Positions 21,808-33,708 of a stretch of 64,000 nt of DNA are shown piece after piece. How positions within the stretch are numbered: position 1 is the first letter of the stretch; the number at the start of each line of letters is the position of its first letter. The notes under the pieces are model-generated. The model worked only from the letters and a program-made list of their open reading frames with translations, had not been told where the DNA came from and made no database searches. Position numbers and translations under genes: made by a program. Origin of the DNA: Craspedostauros australis. Its lineage: Eukaryota. The DNA is taken from NCBI GenBank assembly GCA_030167865.1, contig JALAGF010002361.1, positions 1-64,000 of the forward strand, given 5' to 3'.

Positions 21808-23731
21808 GGTCGGTCAGCTCAACTATTCGTATGCGGCAGTGCAATGCGGTAAGTGATGCTGGAGGTACTATACTCAAGGTATGATACCGATCCTGATTCT
21901 GCTATGTGTGTTGTGTTTGCGGAGCGCTGCGATTTTGTGCTGTGCGATGGGTCGAGTCGAATGCCAATGTTGATACAGCAGTGTAGATCGTGCTCTGTAT
22001 TGGTTGCATTACTGTGGTCATTGCGGATGAACGCAGAGGAGGAAGTACCAACAGTAGCAATGATCGTGATGGCAGAGTAATAGTGATGACGACATCATGA
22101 CAGCTCCCGGCATGATGCGATTCGATGTGGTTCGATGCGATGCGATGCGACGACATAACGAACCGCAAAGAGACGAAGAAAAAGGAAGGCAAGAGGAGAG
22201 AATTTGTGACAGCCAGATTTGTTGTGTTGGCCGCCTCACGATGAACAAATTCATCGATTCGACAAGACACGCCATAGTGAAAATGTCGCTACGACAACAC
22301 ATCGAACACCAAAAACCTTCACGGTCACAAAATTGGAAGTGATGGAGAATTTGGAGACCTGGTTGTCGTGTTGGCGCCAACTGATCGATCCGTCGATGTC
22401 TCCCCTGGATGCATCGTTGATCGGAATACATGCACGATCAAGGGAGATGACGAGCACAAGTACCATTCCACGATCGCAAGGAGAGAGAGGACTATCGAAA
22501 TTGAACTCGGAGACAGCCGAAGGGTTTGGCGCGATTGCATCGGACGTGACATTGCTCGACGATCATGGACGAAAAACCAAGATCGTCGCTCGGTTTCATC
22601 GTGCGAGCTTGAAGCGGTCTATCATTGGGTGGTGATTCAAGTGTCTGCGTTCCTGGTCCCAACAAGTTGAACTCACATTGGATGCGAAGGGCAGACGCAA
22701 TCGATGATGATCGCCTTGCGGTTGGCGCTGTTGGCCTCCTGTTGCGTGACACACGATGGACAATCTCAATTGTTGGAGGGCAGAGCCCTCTGCCACACAG
22801 ATCATGAGGAGGATGGTTCGACGACGATTAGGTTGTATAATAGAATAAGATGGAGATATCTGAAGATGTGCTGCCTCTAAGACGGTTTTGAGCGCCATCG
22901 AGACAAGTTCCTCCGAAGAGGATGTGCTCCTCTGTGCGCCGGTTTCCTCTTTCCTGCCCTTCTCGTTTGTGATGACTTTTGATGGAGACAACCACGAATG
23001 GGCGCAATCCACGAATCTCGGTGTATGCAGTCGAGCGGGTCGCATTCGGCCAATCCCGAATCGAAGGAAAGTGATGTGCGATTGCTGTGTTGGACCAATG
23101 ACGCACCTGATGACGTGTCACAAGCTTGCTTGGGAAGTTCTGGCGAGAACTCGTTCGTGTTCTTGCGTGCTGCGTGTGTCTCTGACCACCGCCAACGTCT
23201 GTCATGCGCACGTGGTTCCATCAACATTGACAAAAAGTCTCGCGAAGGGAAGCCCGCGCAATTTTGTTGGTTGTGGTGACGCAATGAGGAACGACCGTCG
23301 AGCGCGTTGTTTGTGTGCGTTGTGCGTGTGTTCGTCAGAGCCAAACACACTCCGCAACAACAGAAACAAAAGTAAAGGCGAAAAGCACGAATAGAGCACG
23401 ACAATGCGAAGCTGCGCCCTTTCGGCCACAATCACAAACACGAACCATCACCTGCCAAGAGAGACCATCACTTGCGAAGAGCGTCAGGGTGGCAACGATT
23501 ACAGGTGTACCATACAATAACAGTACGATCAACTCATTGCGTTGCATTGCATTGCATTAAACACATCAAAGATACAGCCAAAGCAGAGGTTGTTTGCATC
23601 AGGAGCAAGATCACAAAGCAAGCAAAGGAGCAGTGTTTCAGTAAACACTTCACAAAAGCACGCCAACAAAGCACATCAAAAGACATCACCAAAAGACATC
23701 AACAAAGCGCTTCGACAGCAGTCGTGATCAG

Positions 23732-25330
23732 ATGATGAACGGTCCGCTTGGAGGCAGCGGAGGGACCGGCGGCAGCGACCGCGATCCGTTCCGCAATCAC
23801 AACAGCGGCAAGACATCTTCAACAGGTACCGACAACAACAGCAGCAGCAGCAACCGATTCAAGCGCATCCGCAGCACAGGCACTCTGTCGGCATGCGAGG
23901 CAACCGTGGCCTCGTCTGTGACGGAGCAGAATGGGGACTCAGCCGCCGATGGTACCTCGGGAGCGATGACAAGCACAGCGATGATGAGGCATGGGGCGCA
24001 AGGCGGAGGTCGCAGACTGGCGCTGCGGACGCAAGCCTTCCATCTGTCCATCGCATCAGGTGCCTCCGCAGGAATCCTGGTGCTGTACACAATCCCCGCA
24101 CAAGCCCTTGTGGGCATGGCCATCGTCATCGCCTTGTTTATGGCGCTGATGTCAACGCTGTACCAGAGGGCGGTGCTGGAGTACAATGCCATGGTGGAGG
24201 GCCGGGGTATCGGCGACGCGCTGCCGGAATCCATCTTCGACCAGCTCGTCAACATGAGCCTGCACGATTACATGATGAGCCCCACCAGTTCGCCATCGCT
24301 GCAGGACTACAGCTTCCTCGCGCTCTACTTCATGCCTGGCCTCACCCAGGATCAGATCGATCGATACGTCGATCGGTTGAGCCCAGGGCATCGCGATATG
24401 CTCAGACGCCGTGGTCTGGGAAACTTTCTGGGAAATGGTTTCATGAGATTGCTGCTCGGTGATGAGCGACTCAATACCATTCGGGAGACCGTCCAAGAGG
24501 GTGAGGAGGTTCCCATCATTCATCAGGGAACGTCCAGCACAGCAGTGCCGCAGCGTCTCAACTTGGAGAACCGTGCCATCGAGGACGACGAGACAAGTGC
24601 GTTGGGCGAGGAAGATGCTCAGCATCAAGCCTCTGCAGCAACTACAACGAGGGGGCTCATTCCAGCCATCGGACGCACCGTCGCTCTGGTCCCCTCGCAA
24701 ACAGCAAGGAATGCAAACGTGCAGACGCCCGCCTCGCAGGGCCAATTCGAGCTTCGTTCCATTGCTCCTTCAGCTGGGTCGTCAAGATCAAGATCGGCAG
24801 TCGCCGCACCTGCTGCTGCTGCTCCAACCAACGCCATCGTGCGCAGTCGGGGCGCAGCGCAACCATCCAACACGCCCGCTGAATCCAACAACGACAACGT
24901 GGTCGATGAGATCAGCATCCTCGCTGACGCACTGCGTGCAAGCGTCACAAGTTACACCGGCACCGCCATCAGCACGGCAGTCTCGAGCGCGAGATCGGCC
25001 GCTCTGGGAGCCTTCAACTTCCTTGCCGGCACAGCCACGAGAGCAAGTCTCACCATCACATTCCTCTCCACCGGCATCGGCCTCTTCGGCATGTGGGCCG
25101 GCGTCTACGACATCAATCGGTTGTCTGGGAATCACAGCGGTCCGCGACCGCCGTTGCGCATCCCAGCATCCTACCAGCACTACTTCCCATCCGCGACGTT
25201 ACTGTGGAATGCCAGCATGGCCAGCAGCACAGCGTCCTCCATCTTCATGACGTTTGGCCTTGGTGCCAGGCAACATCGCGCCCAGCAACCATCCAAACCA
25301 GACGACAAACAGCAGCCGTCGTCCAAGTAA
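23732..25330 (+). CDS. Uncharacterised multi-pass membrane protein, 532 aa
   Basis: Long ORF with coding-like codon use. Hydrophobic pair near aa 100-145 and further hydrophobic segments near the C-terminus. Confidence 0.8.
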   Translation: MMNGPLGGSGGTGGSDRDPFRNHNSGKTSSTGTDNNSSSSNRFKRIRSTGTLSACEATVASSVTEQNGDSAADGTSGAMTSTAMMRHGAQGGGRRLALRTQAFHLSIASGASAGILVLYTIPAQALVGMAIVIALFMALMSTLYQRAVLEYNAMVEGRGIGDALPESIFDQLVNMSLHDYMMSPTSSPSLQDYSFLALYFMPGLTQDQIDRYVDRLSPGHRDMLRRRGLGNFLGNGFMRLLLGDERLNTIRETVQEGEEVPIIHQGTSSTAVPQRLNLENRAIEDDETSALGEEDAQHQASAATTTRGLIPAIGRTVALVPSQTARNANVQTPASQGQFELRSIAPSAGSSRSRSAVAAPAAAAPTNAIVRSRGAAQPSNTPAESNNDNVVDEISILADALRASVTSYTGTAISTAVSSARSAALGAFNFLAGTATRASLTITFLSTGIGLFGMWAGVYDINRLSGNHSGPRPPLRIPASYQHYFPSATLLWNASMASSTASSIFMTFGLGARQHRAQQPSKPDDKQQPSSK

Positions 25331-25733
25331 ATGTATCTTTACCAGCACAGAATTGGTTACATCACAATACTACTCTAGCATGTGTTATTTTATATAATAG
25401 GAAATTGCGTGTCATGGTCACCTGCTGTTGGGTTGTTGATTGGAATGGTGCAGAGAGAGGTGGGCATCGGCGATCTCATGTTTGGTTGTGGTGATGCGCA
25501 CCAAAAAGAAAGGTGGTGAATGTCACAGAGAGAAGGACAGACGTCCGTTCCGACGAGGGATGTGTTCTCATCTTTTGGCCGACCAGCTGCAGCCAAAGTG
25601 CCAATCAAACGACATCGGCATCGGCATCTATGCACACAGGTACGACTATCCTCCGTACTCTTACGAGCCAGAGAGCCAGAGTAGACTGATTCCACGCTCA
25701 CACCGCACGCCCACACGATATCCACACCACACC

Positions 25734-26657
25734 ATGGACAACCAATGCGATATTGCGTCGCTGTCTCTGCAGGCATTGCAGACGGAGTCCCACGCGGTGC
25801 GCCTCTCGGTCCAAGTGATGCTGGCGACGGCGGCGCTGGTCTTCGTCACGTCCCACCTCAGCAAGAACTACGGACAGGTGGACAAGCTCTGGTCCATCTC
25901 GCCCGTCATCTACGCATGGATACTGGCCATCGACGCGCGCACCATCCTGCTCGCCACCGTCGTGACCATCTGGGGTGCGAGGCTCACGTGGAACTTCCAT
26001 CGGCGCGGCGGATACGCATGGCCGCCGTGGGACGGCGATGAGGACTACCGGTGGGCCCACATGCGCCGCGGAACGCACGTGCCGTTCTTGGACAATGATG
26101 TCATCTGGATCATCTTCAATTTCACCTTCATCTCCCTCTACCAGAACATCCTCCTGCACCTCCTTGTGGCGCCCGCCGTCGTGGCGCATGTGCTGGCCGA
26201 GCAGCCGCAATGCCGCGAGCCGCTCAACGTCTACGATATCGTGTCCGCTGTTGTCGTCGTCGCGGCCGTTGTCGTGGAGACTCTTGCTGACAATCAGCAG
26301 TACGCATTCCAAACCGAGAAGTACCGACGCATCCATGCCAAGGAACCTTTGGATGGGGAGTACAAGGATGGGTACTGCCAATCCGGCCTCTTTGCCATCC
26401 TGCGCAAGCCGAACTACGCGGCAGACCAGGTGATCTGGATTGCGGTGTACGGTTTTGCCATCGCGGCAGGTAATGGCTTCGTCAACTGGAGCATTGCAGG
26501 ATGCGTGCTGATGTGCTTGATGTTTCAGAATTCGTCGGCTCTCACGGAAACGATCACGTCGGAGAAGTACCCCAGCTACGCCCAATACATGAAGAGAGTT
26601 CCGCTCTTTATTCCGACGGGTCTGATCTTTCCAGCGCGCAAGGCAAAGACAGGCTGA
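25734..26657 (+). CDS. DUF1295 / steroid 5-alpha-reductase-like membrane protein, ~307 aa
   Basis: NYGQVDKLWSISP, WGARLTWNF..RGGY, EDYRW, ETLADNQQYAFQ, GLFAILRKPNY, KYPSYAQYMKRVPLFIP. Confidence 0.92.
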   Translation: MDNQCDIASLSLQALQTESHAVRLSVQVMLATAALVFVTSHLSKNYGQVDKLWSISPVIYAWILAIDARTILLATVVTIWGARLTWNFHRRGGYAWPPWDGDEDYRWAHMRRGTHVPFLDNDVIWIIFNFTFISLYQNILLHLLVAPAVVAHVLAEQPQCREPLNVYDIVSAVVVVAAVVVETLADNQQYAFQTEKYRRIHAKEPLDGEYKDGYCQSGLFAILRKPNYAADQVIWIAVYGFAIAAGNGFVNWSIAGCVLMCLMFQNSSALTETITSEKYPSYAQYMKRVPLFIPTGLIFPARKAKTG

Positions 26658-27657
26658 TGGGAGGAGGAGGAGGAGGAGGAATGCTTCACTTCGTTGCTAC
26701 GACAGAAGTAGATCGATTTCGTACGCAAGTTGGCAGTGACTGCGAAAAATGAGAGAAACAAAGCGGAGTGCGGTGGTGCTCGGTAAAGTACGAGTAGGCA
26801 CAGCATCTGCTCAGGCTGTGCTCCACTCCGAATCGATGGCATGGCAGCATCCACGTCTCATCATGTCGTGGAAAATGCACACCGCAGTGAGGATCTCCGC
26901 TCCGACACGAACGTGCAATCATGCAAGTATGCGAGCGCATGCCGACAGGATCCAGCATTGTAACAAAAGTAGGAGAACGAGCGCTGACACATTCTATGCA
27001 GGTTCATGGTATTGGTATTGGTACGTTGTGGAATAGAATGCATACTCGTTCGAGTACGATATGGTAGAGTAGAAAATTGGAAGCAATTTATCGTGAATAT
27101 TTTGTCGTCTGGGTTTTGTTGCATGTGGTTGTATTGGTAAAGACAGAACCCGTGGCACTCAGCGAGGTTGGCCGCACCTTTGTCACACTCCGAGCAACCT
27201 CCACACATGACATACTCACCGCACATGTGTTCTGCTTCCATCGACTCATTTCTCCATTCAAAGAACCAGCAGCTCCTGATGTGTCGATGGTGCGAGCGCA
27301 CACAGAGTTGTATGCTGTGATGCAAGGTCCAAAATTTGAAGTTTGAGTCGAAACCATCATGCGGAGGAGCAACTACTCGGAAGATGATCTTTCCATGGAG
27401 ATGCAAACAGCACCAACGGCAGCAACTGCAGCAACAAGCAAAGGCGGTCGCGAGTGGCGCTCTGTTTGACGGAGTAATCGTGCTTTCTCGCATCGATGTG
27501 TCGTGCACGAGCCATCGTTTCGTTTGTGATGTGCTGACAGCGTGCTAACAGCTCCAGCATCGCTCACAACAATCAAACCAGCCCAAGTGCAGCACCTTTG
27601 CCAATACCATACATACCGAGTGAAGGCATTCACAATCTCAAGAGCAAGGCAAGCAGA

Positions 27658-28911
27658 ATGACGAGGACGAGGACAACTGTTTCGACGCCTGCCGACTTCG
27701 ATTCCGCAGGAATGAATGCGGGAAACCAGTTGCGCACCAGCTCGGATGCCAACAACAAGAAAGATCTGCCAGCATCCTGCCCTGATGTCCCAAAGGCGAT
27801 GTCAGAGCCATGGGAGTTGTCGTCGCACGAACGGGCCGACTCACCCTCGGTCTCGAAGTCGGCCCGTCGACGTTTCTTGATGGAATCTGAGGACACCCGC
27901 GATCGTTTCGATGGGCAGCTCCTGCCTTCCTATTCTCAAAGGAGCGTGAGAGGTGTCGATTCCATCGAAACTCGGAGCCTATCCTTGAGCGACTCCTCAG
28001 AAGAGCGGCTCTATGGCAACGATGATAGCAGCGACGACACACTGGTCGACAGCCTTTGCAAGTCATCCATGATGCTTTCGGAGCACCATCGAGCTTCGCA
28101 CACCGTGCCCAAGCGTCTGGCATTTGACTACAAGTATGCTCATGGTCGCAAGACTCCATTCGCTTCAGATCACAGCCGATCCATCGACGATGGGTTTGGC
28201 ACTGCGTCCACCAAAGACAGTCTGTCGTTGTCAACGTCCCATGACACACAGGTCGACGACGACAACAATGGCGACGACAGTTCCTATGAACTGGACGGCG
28301 ACAACACTGTCAGCGTGGTGACTGCGACAGATCATGAACGTGAGTACGTGGATTCACAGACCAGCAACCGCCAAGGCGATTCCAATGAGGACACCGCATT
28401 CGACGCACTCGAAAACGAATACCTATCCCGGAATGCCGCAGCGGCGAACTCGTATGATACTGCTGATTCGAAACCATGCGACGACATGGGCGTCTTCACT
28501 CGGGCTTTTGATCGCGTCCTGGGATGCTTCGATGTGATCGATTTGGATATGGTGCCTCGGAAGATCCCGAGCAAGTGGAAGTACAGCCCGGAAATGGCAT
28601 CATCGCACTGTCGCAGCGCTTCGTTTGATCACCTGGATATTGTTGACACTCGGTCATCGGATGATGAAGCGTCAAATCTGCCTGATGCGCAGGAGGATCG
28701 TGCCTCCACAGCACACAAGGACGATGCTCCGATCGTCGCTTTCGAGTCCTGGAGGGACGGTCACGTGAGCCTGGCGGATGACAGCAGCAGCGACGGCAGT
28801 TTTGGTTCTGCCATGGACTCTGCTGTTGCAAATCGCTCACGACAGGCACGGCATGACGCTGACCATGGCCACCGCCGCCATTGTCATCGTCATCGCCGGC
28901 AGTGTGTGTGA
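27658..28911 (+). CDS. Uncharacterised acidic Ser/Asp-rich protein, ~417 aa
   Basis: Long open frame of low complexity; no domain recognised. Confidence 0.65.
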   Translation: MTRTRTTVSTPADFDSAGMNAGNQLRTSSDANNKKDLPASCPDVPKAMSEPWELSSHERADSPSVSKSARRRFLMESEDTRDRFDGQLLPSYSQRSVRGVDSIETRSLSLSDSSEERLYGNDDSSDDTLVDSLCKSSMMLSEHHRASHTVPKRLAFDYKYAHGRKTPFASDHSRSIDDGFGTASTKDSLSLSTSHDTQVDDDNNGDDSSYELDGDNTVSVVTATDHEREYVDSQTSNRQGDSNEDTAFDALENEYLSRNAAAANSYDTADSKPCDDMGVFTRAFDRVLGCFDVIDLDMVPRKIPSKWKYSPEMASSHCRSASFDHLDIVDTRSSDDEASNLPDAQEDRASTAHKDDAPIVAFESWRDGHVSLADDSSSDGSFGSAMDSAVANRSRQARHDADHGHRRHCHRHRRQCV

Positions 28912-30075
28912 AGAAACGTATAGTAGATGAGGAAGGAAGATGGCATTCTGCAAGATTACAATCGAGTCGCGGAATGTCATCAAGAGTAGAGTAGGATGGG
29001 ACAACGGCAACCGATGGCCGCTGCGTACGATCTATGACATGGCATGAATGGCTGGAATGCGTCGGATGCTCACAGGACGTGGTAGTACGTATGGAGGTTG
29101 CCTCACCGGATGCAGAAGATTCGTCCTGGTACGAACATCCGAGAGAGGAGGGGGCGGAGCGGTCTCTGTACCTGTGGAACGTGGCGTTGCGATGCATTTG
29201 TGTGGAGTCCTGTGGGCATTCCCACAAAACCACCATCGGCATCACATTGGCATCACCATTGGCTCTCTCACAACACCAGACTAAATTGAAAATCAAACAT
29301 CCATGTCGATTTGTGTCGCCCTTCGTGTTGTTGTTCATGTCGTTCCCAGTGATGTTGGCGCAGAGGAACACGTTGACAGGAACACGAATCGTGTGATGCC
29401 CCTGAGTGATTGGAAGATTTTTGGCGCCTCCAAGAGCGAGGATGACCCTTCTCGAGCCACGTTTCATGTGGAAGCACGTATAATGTCAGTACTGATTCCA
29501 GGTGGAGGTCATAGTGAGTTTTGGGTGCGCCTGCCGAAGATGAGAGATTTTGCGGTGCGCGGCACATTTTGAAATAACGCGGTTTGTTCGCTTTCCCACG
29601 AATCGCAGGAACACAAGCAAGTTCCATCCAATGCATCCAAATTCGAAACGAGCCATGTTCCGACAGCTCCATCGCGACCATCCTCACTTCCTGTCGCTCC
29701 CTCTTGCCCACATTTGAACACTTCTCCAGTCACCCAATGCCACAGCTGCGCAGAGTAGGCGAGACAGTCCATGCAACCATTCGCTCGCCCACTCATCCAG
29801 AAGCACACCAACAGACCATCGGGAAGGCTGAATCGAACCTTCTCACCATCGATGCTCGTGCGAAACATTCGCTACGAACCCACACCACGATCAGCACGGT
29901 GCGATTCCTACACCACGATCAGCACAATCTCGCGCTCCTCGGGGCTGTCTGCACGTACCTGTGCCTGTGAAAATAACAAGCAGGACACCCCGCGTACAGG
30001 AGCACTCGACACGTACATGCTACACGAGAAACGAGCAAATTCTCTGTCCTCCCCTGCACAGCAACATTTGACGCA

Positions 30076-33000
30076 ATGGCATCATCCACAAACCGCATCC
30101 GCAATGTGCAGGTAGTGATAGGACGGCGTCCATCGGATGTGCATGACGACGAGAGCGCCAGCTCCCACACCAACCTTCATTCATCGACCAACATCCAGCA
30201 GCTCTTTGCCAACGGGAGCAACTCCGACATGGAACGAGACGCAAGGCACGCCGCAGTTGCGAGCTCCGATGAGCGATCATCGCAAGACGGCAGCGAGAAG
30301 AGAGGCAGAAGCACGATGCGCAAGCGGTCCAAGTCCGCAAAGGACCGTGTGCGCAATCATGACGAGAGCAAAGGCAAGAGCAGAGGAAGAAGCAGGAGCC
30401 GACGCGCGAGCAGAACTCGAAGTGAAAGCAACAGCAGAGGAAGAAGCAGAACCCGCGTCAACGATGACGATGGCAAGCGCAACGCTAATGACAACCCGAG
30501 GCGTCGCAACAGACGGAACATAGGCCATGGCTTTGACTCCAAGGAACCCGCGTTCCTCAAAACGCTGGACCGCATGATGGGCTACCTTGGAGTCGAGGTG
30601 GGTGACGACATTGACGATCCCGATGAATCCATCATCTCCGAGCACACCAACCAGCAACCAGGTATGATGCACAACACGCGTCGCTACATCGGCTCCATTC
30701 TAACGGAAGGAGGTAGTTCCGATGACGCGCCCAAGGGAGGCATCGAGGCATTCTTCATGGAGAATTTCATGTGCGGCATGTCGGCGTGTGCCAAGAGCAA
30801 CCAAAGCTACTCGTCGGATGAGGAGAGCGAGGCCAAGGGCAACAAGCGATCGAGAGTTCGCGCATCTCGCCGAAAGAAGAGAAACAGCAGCAAGCCGAAG
30901 ACTGGTTCGTCCACAAGGGAAAAGGCCAGCAGGAAGGATAGAGCGTCACGCGAGGTTCAGCGTGGAACCGATGAGTCCGATTCCAAATCCCAGACCGGGC
31001 ACGAGGACCGCGCTGAAGAATTTGTAGAGCCGTATCAACAAAGGCGGGCCAAGGAATTCACTTCCAGATATCTCAGCGACGCGAGGGCAGATGGAGATGA
31101 GAGCTGTGCCAGCGCATCGCATATCATCGAAGGCCGGAACGTTGTCGCAGAACATGAGGGCGACTTCGTAAGCCCCGCGGATGTTGCGACGCTTGGGTCG
31201 GACAGTTCCGCACACCATGCAAACAGCAACGTGTCAAACAGCAACGTGTCAAACAGCAACGTGTCAAACAGCAACGTGTCAAACAGCAACGTCGCAAAGA
31301 ACGAGCAGGACACACTCGAAGCCACCACGGAGAATGATCCGGTCAGTGCTGATGGGGGTTCTGCGACCATTGCCTACGTGCTCATTTCTGCAAAAGCAAA
31401 GAGAGGAAAGACGTCGCACAAGGCCAAGAGCAGCCGTCGAACCAAATCGAATGCATTCCAGCTCGCAATGCGGAACATGAACCAGCACAAGAAGCACCGC
31501 AAGCGTATCGAACAACTCAAGCTCGCCGCTTCGGAATCATACGCCAAGATGCATGGAGGAATGTCCGCAACTGTGAGGATTGTGGAGGTGAAGGAATGGG
31601 TCGACAGCAAGTCAAGACAAAAATATGTTGGCAGTGCTGTTGTGCATCGTTCCAAGCTTCCTGAGAGATTGGTGACCTCCACTGGAGGTGTGTCCGCGGA
31701 TGGAGATCACGGAGATCACGAAGGTCACGAAGGTCATAGAGAGGCTGAACTCCAGTCGGTTGCCCAAGATCACGAGCAAGTGCCGCACATCGTTAACGAG
31801 ACTGCTGCATCCACTGCAGAATTGGAATCCAAGGAAAACATTTCACCAGCGGATATCGAAGTGGCTGCTTCCTCTCTCGACCCATCGTCGGGATCGAAGG
31901 AGGAAACAGATGTGAGCTATGGTGTTGCGGTGATGACGACCGAGGAAGGACCTGCCTCCAGGGCTGCTGCGGATGGACACGATGCAGGAAGTGAAGACAG
32001 TGAAGGATTGCAATCTCAGACTCTCAAGGAGGCCGAGTCCACGGACACGTCGACAGACATGGATTCACCAATTCCAACTGTCGATACTCAATCCACCATG
32101 ATGTCAACGCCACCCAGACCCACAAAAAGGATGACGACAAAACCAGCATCCGACACTATCACTATCACCGAAAAGGAGCCAGCTTTGGAGACAAATCACT
32201 CGTATCTCACAGACACGTCGCCTGAAACATCCTTCGAGGAGTTCCACCAACACCTGCAGCTCCAACCTTCATCCAGCGGCGAGGAAGATGCGAATGCCTC
32301 GACGCCAATGCTTGATCTTCCCAGCAAGAGGCAATCAACAAGGTCTGTAGAATTGGCGAAGCGCATCTCAAAGCACGGAGATAGGAAGGTCGCAAGATCC
32401 AAGCAGGTTCGTGGATTCATTGCTGGCCTGAGCCCGTTCAAGAAGTTGGGTTCACCATCGCGGCCGCCATCTTCGCGCAAGGGCGCGCCAGTCAAGCAGA
32501 AGCAACGAAATCAACGCAGCAAGACCACCTACAAGAATTTGAATATCGATGGCGCCACCGACAGCACCCCGCATTCGTCAGGCGTCGAACCATCGCCGGA
32601 TGAAACGGCCAAGAACCTCCGAAAGACGATCGGACGTCTCGTGCTTGCCAGACCGCATGCGAAGAACGAATCCATAGATTCCAACGACGATAATGCAAGC
32701 GCCCCGGCTCCACAGGCACCTTCGACTCCAGGATCGCCGAAGTTGGTTAGAACTGCGGGCAAGGATCAATCAACATCTGCGCCAACTCCGGCCCCCAGAA
32801 CACCCAGCGACTCCGGAATGGAAGCCCAAACAAGAGTTCGCCAATCCAGAGCAGTTCCGGCCAAACGCGATATCAGGACGGCCCCGAAGATGGTCGCCCA
32901 CCAACCAATCAATGATGGCAACCAGAATGAATCAAGCCCAGCGTTGAGTCCCTACCACGCCGCCTCTGTGCGTCATCCAAACCATCGCAGCAACAGCAGC

Positions 33001-33204
33001 TCGCCCAAGTTTAATAAGACAGCGGGAATGGGCGATTTCGCTGATTGGTCCGTCATCGCTGAGACGGAGGAGACCGTCGAGACACCGAACCAGAAGAACG
33101 AGGAATCGTTCGAAAGTTACATTCAGCACCAGCAGCCAACCAAAACTCAGGCATCGTCACCGAAGCATGTCGCAGATTTCGCTGACTGGGCAGAGGCGAT
33201 GTGA
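30076..33204 (+). CDS. Uncharacterised, largely disordered protein, 1042 aa
   Basis: 3.1-kb open frame with an RS-rich basic patch, NSNVS repeats and twin DFADW motifs at the C-terminus. Confidence 0.8.
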   Translation: MASSTNRIRNVQVVIGRRPSDVHDDESASSHTNLHSSTNIQQLFANGSNSDMERDARHAAVASSDERSSQDGSEKRGRSTMRKRSKSAKDRVRNHDESKGKSRGRSRSRRASRTRSESNSRGRSRTRVNDDDGKRNANDNPRRRNRRNIGHGFDSKEPAFLKTLDRMMGYLGVEVGDDIDDPDESIISEHTNQQPGMMHNTRRYIGSILTEGGSSDDAPKGGIEAFFMENFMCGMSACAKSNQSYSSDEESEAKGNKRSRVRASRRKKRNSSKPKTGSSTREKASRKDRASREVQRGTDESDSKSQTGHEDRAEEFVEPYQQRRAKEFTSRYLSDARADGDESCASASHIIEGRNVVAEHEGDFVSPADVATLGSDSSAHHANSNVSNSNVSNSNVSNSNVSNSNVAKNEQDTLEATTENDPVSADGGSATIAYVLISAKAKRGKTSHKAKSSRRTKSNAFQLAMRNMNQHKKHRKRIEQLKLAASESYAKMHGGMSATVRIVEVKEWVDSKSRQKYVGSAVVHRSKLPERLVTSTGGVSADGDHGDHEGHEGHREAELQSVAQDHEQVPHIVNETAASTAELESKENISPADIEVAASSLDPSSGSKEETDVSYGVAVMTTEEGPASRAAADGHDAGSEDSEGLQSQTLKEAESTDTSTDMDSPIPTVDTQSTMMSTPPRPTKRMTTKPASDTITITEKEPALETNHSYLTDTSPETSFEEFHQHLQLQPSSSGEEDANASTPMLDLPSKRQSTRSVELAKRISKHGDRKVARSKQVRGFIAGLSPFKKLGSPSRPPSSRKGAPVKQKQRNQRSKTTYKNLNIDGATDSTPHSSGVEPSPDETAKNLRKTIGRLVLARPHAKNESIDSNDDNASAPAPQAPSTPGSPKLVRTAGKDQSTSAPTPAPRTPSDSGMEAQTRVRQSRAVPAKRDIRTAPKMVAHQPINDGNQNESSPALSPYHAASVRHPNHRSNSSSPKFNKTAGMGDFADWSVIAETEETVETPNQKNEESFESYIQHQQPTKTQASSPKHVADFADWAEAM
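31221..31292 (+). repeat. 15-bp coding minisatellite (AAACAGCAACGTGTC)x~5 encoding (NSNVS)n
   Basis: Direct reading. Confidence 0.92.
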
Positions 33205-33708
33205 GTGCCAAATACCATGTGCACCATACGAGGTGTGGCCGGGATGAACGTAGTAGAGTACATGCTCTGCAGCATGTTTCTCCGACTCTCGTCATGGACT
33301 GTTATCCATTGCATGGCATACAGGATTCAAGCACACGCCGGCACATGCGACTTCAGAGCATCAGCAACTGAGAAACTGTGCTGATCAAGATTTAGATTAA
33401 ACGAGTAAATACTCTAATTGTATAATATGTTTTATATGCTAGAGTGTTAGCGTCCGTGCTGCTCCGCAACAACCGAGTATCTATCAATGCTGTTTCCTCA
33501 ACAACCCCAGATAAACCCTTGCTCAAAAGAGTCAAAGCTGGGATAGGAATGACCGTGGGAGATGCAATGTGCAACTCCAATGTTGCTGATGGCATGGTAC
33601 GCATGGCAGGTAGGGTGCTTCATCAAGAAAAGACTCACCGCAATTCAATCACCGATGACTTTTCATGGAACTTGAGGAGGATGCCACCCCAGCCTCGCGA
33701 GATGAATC

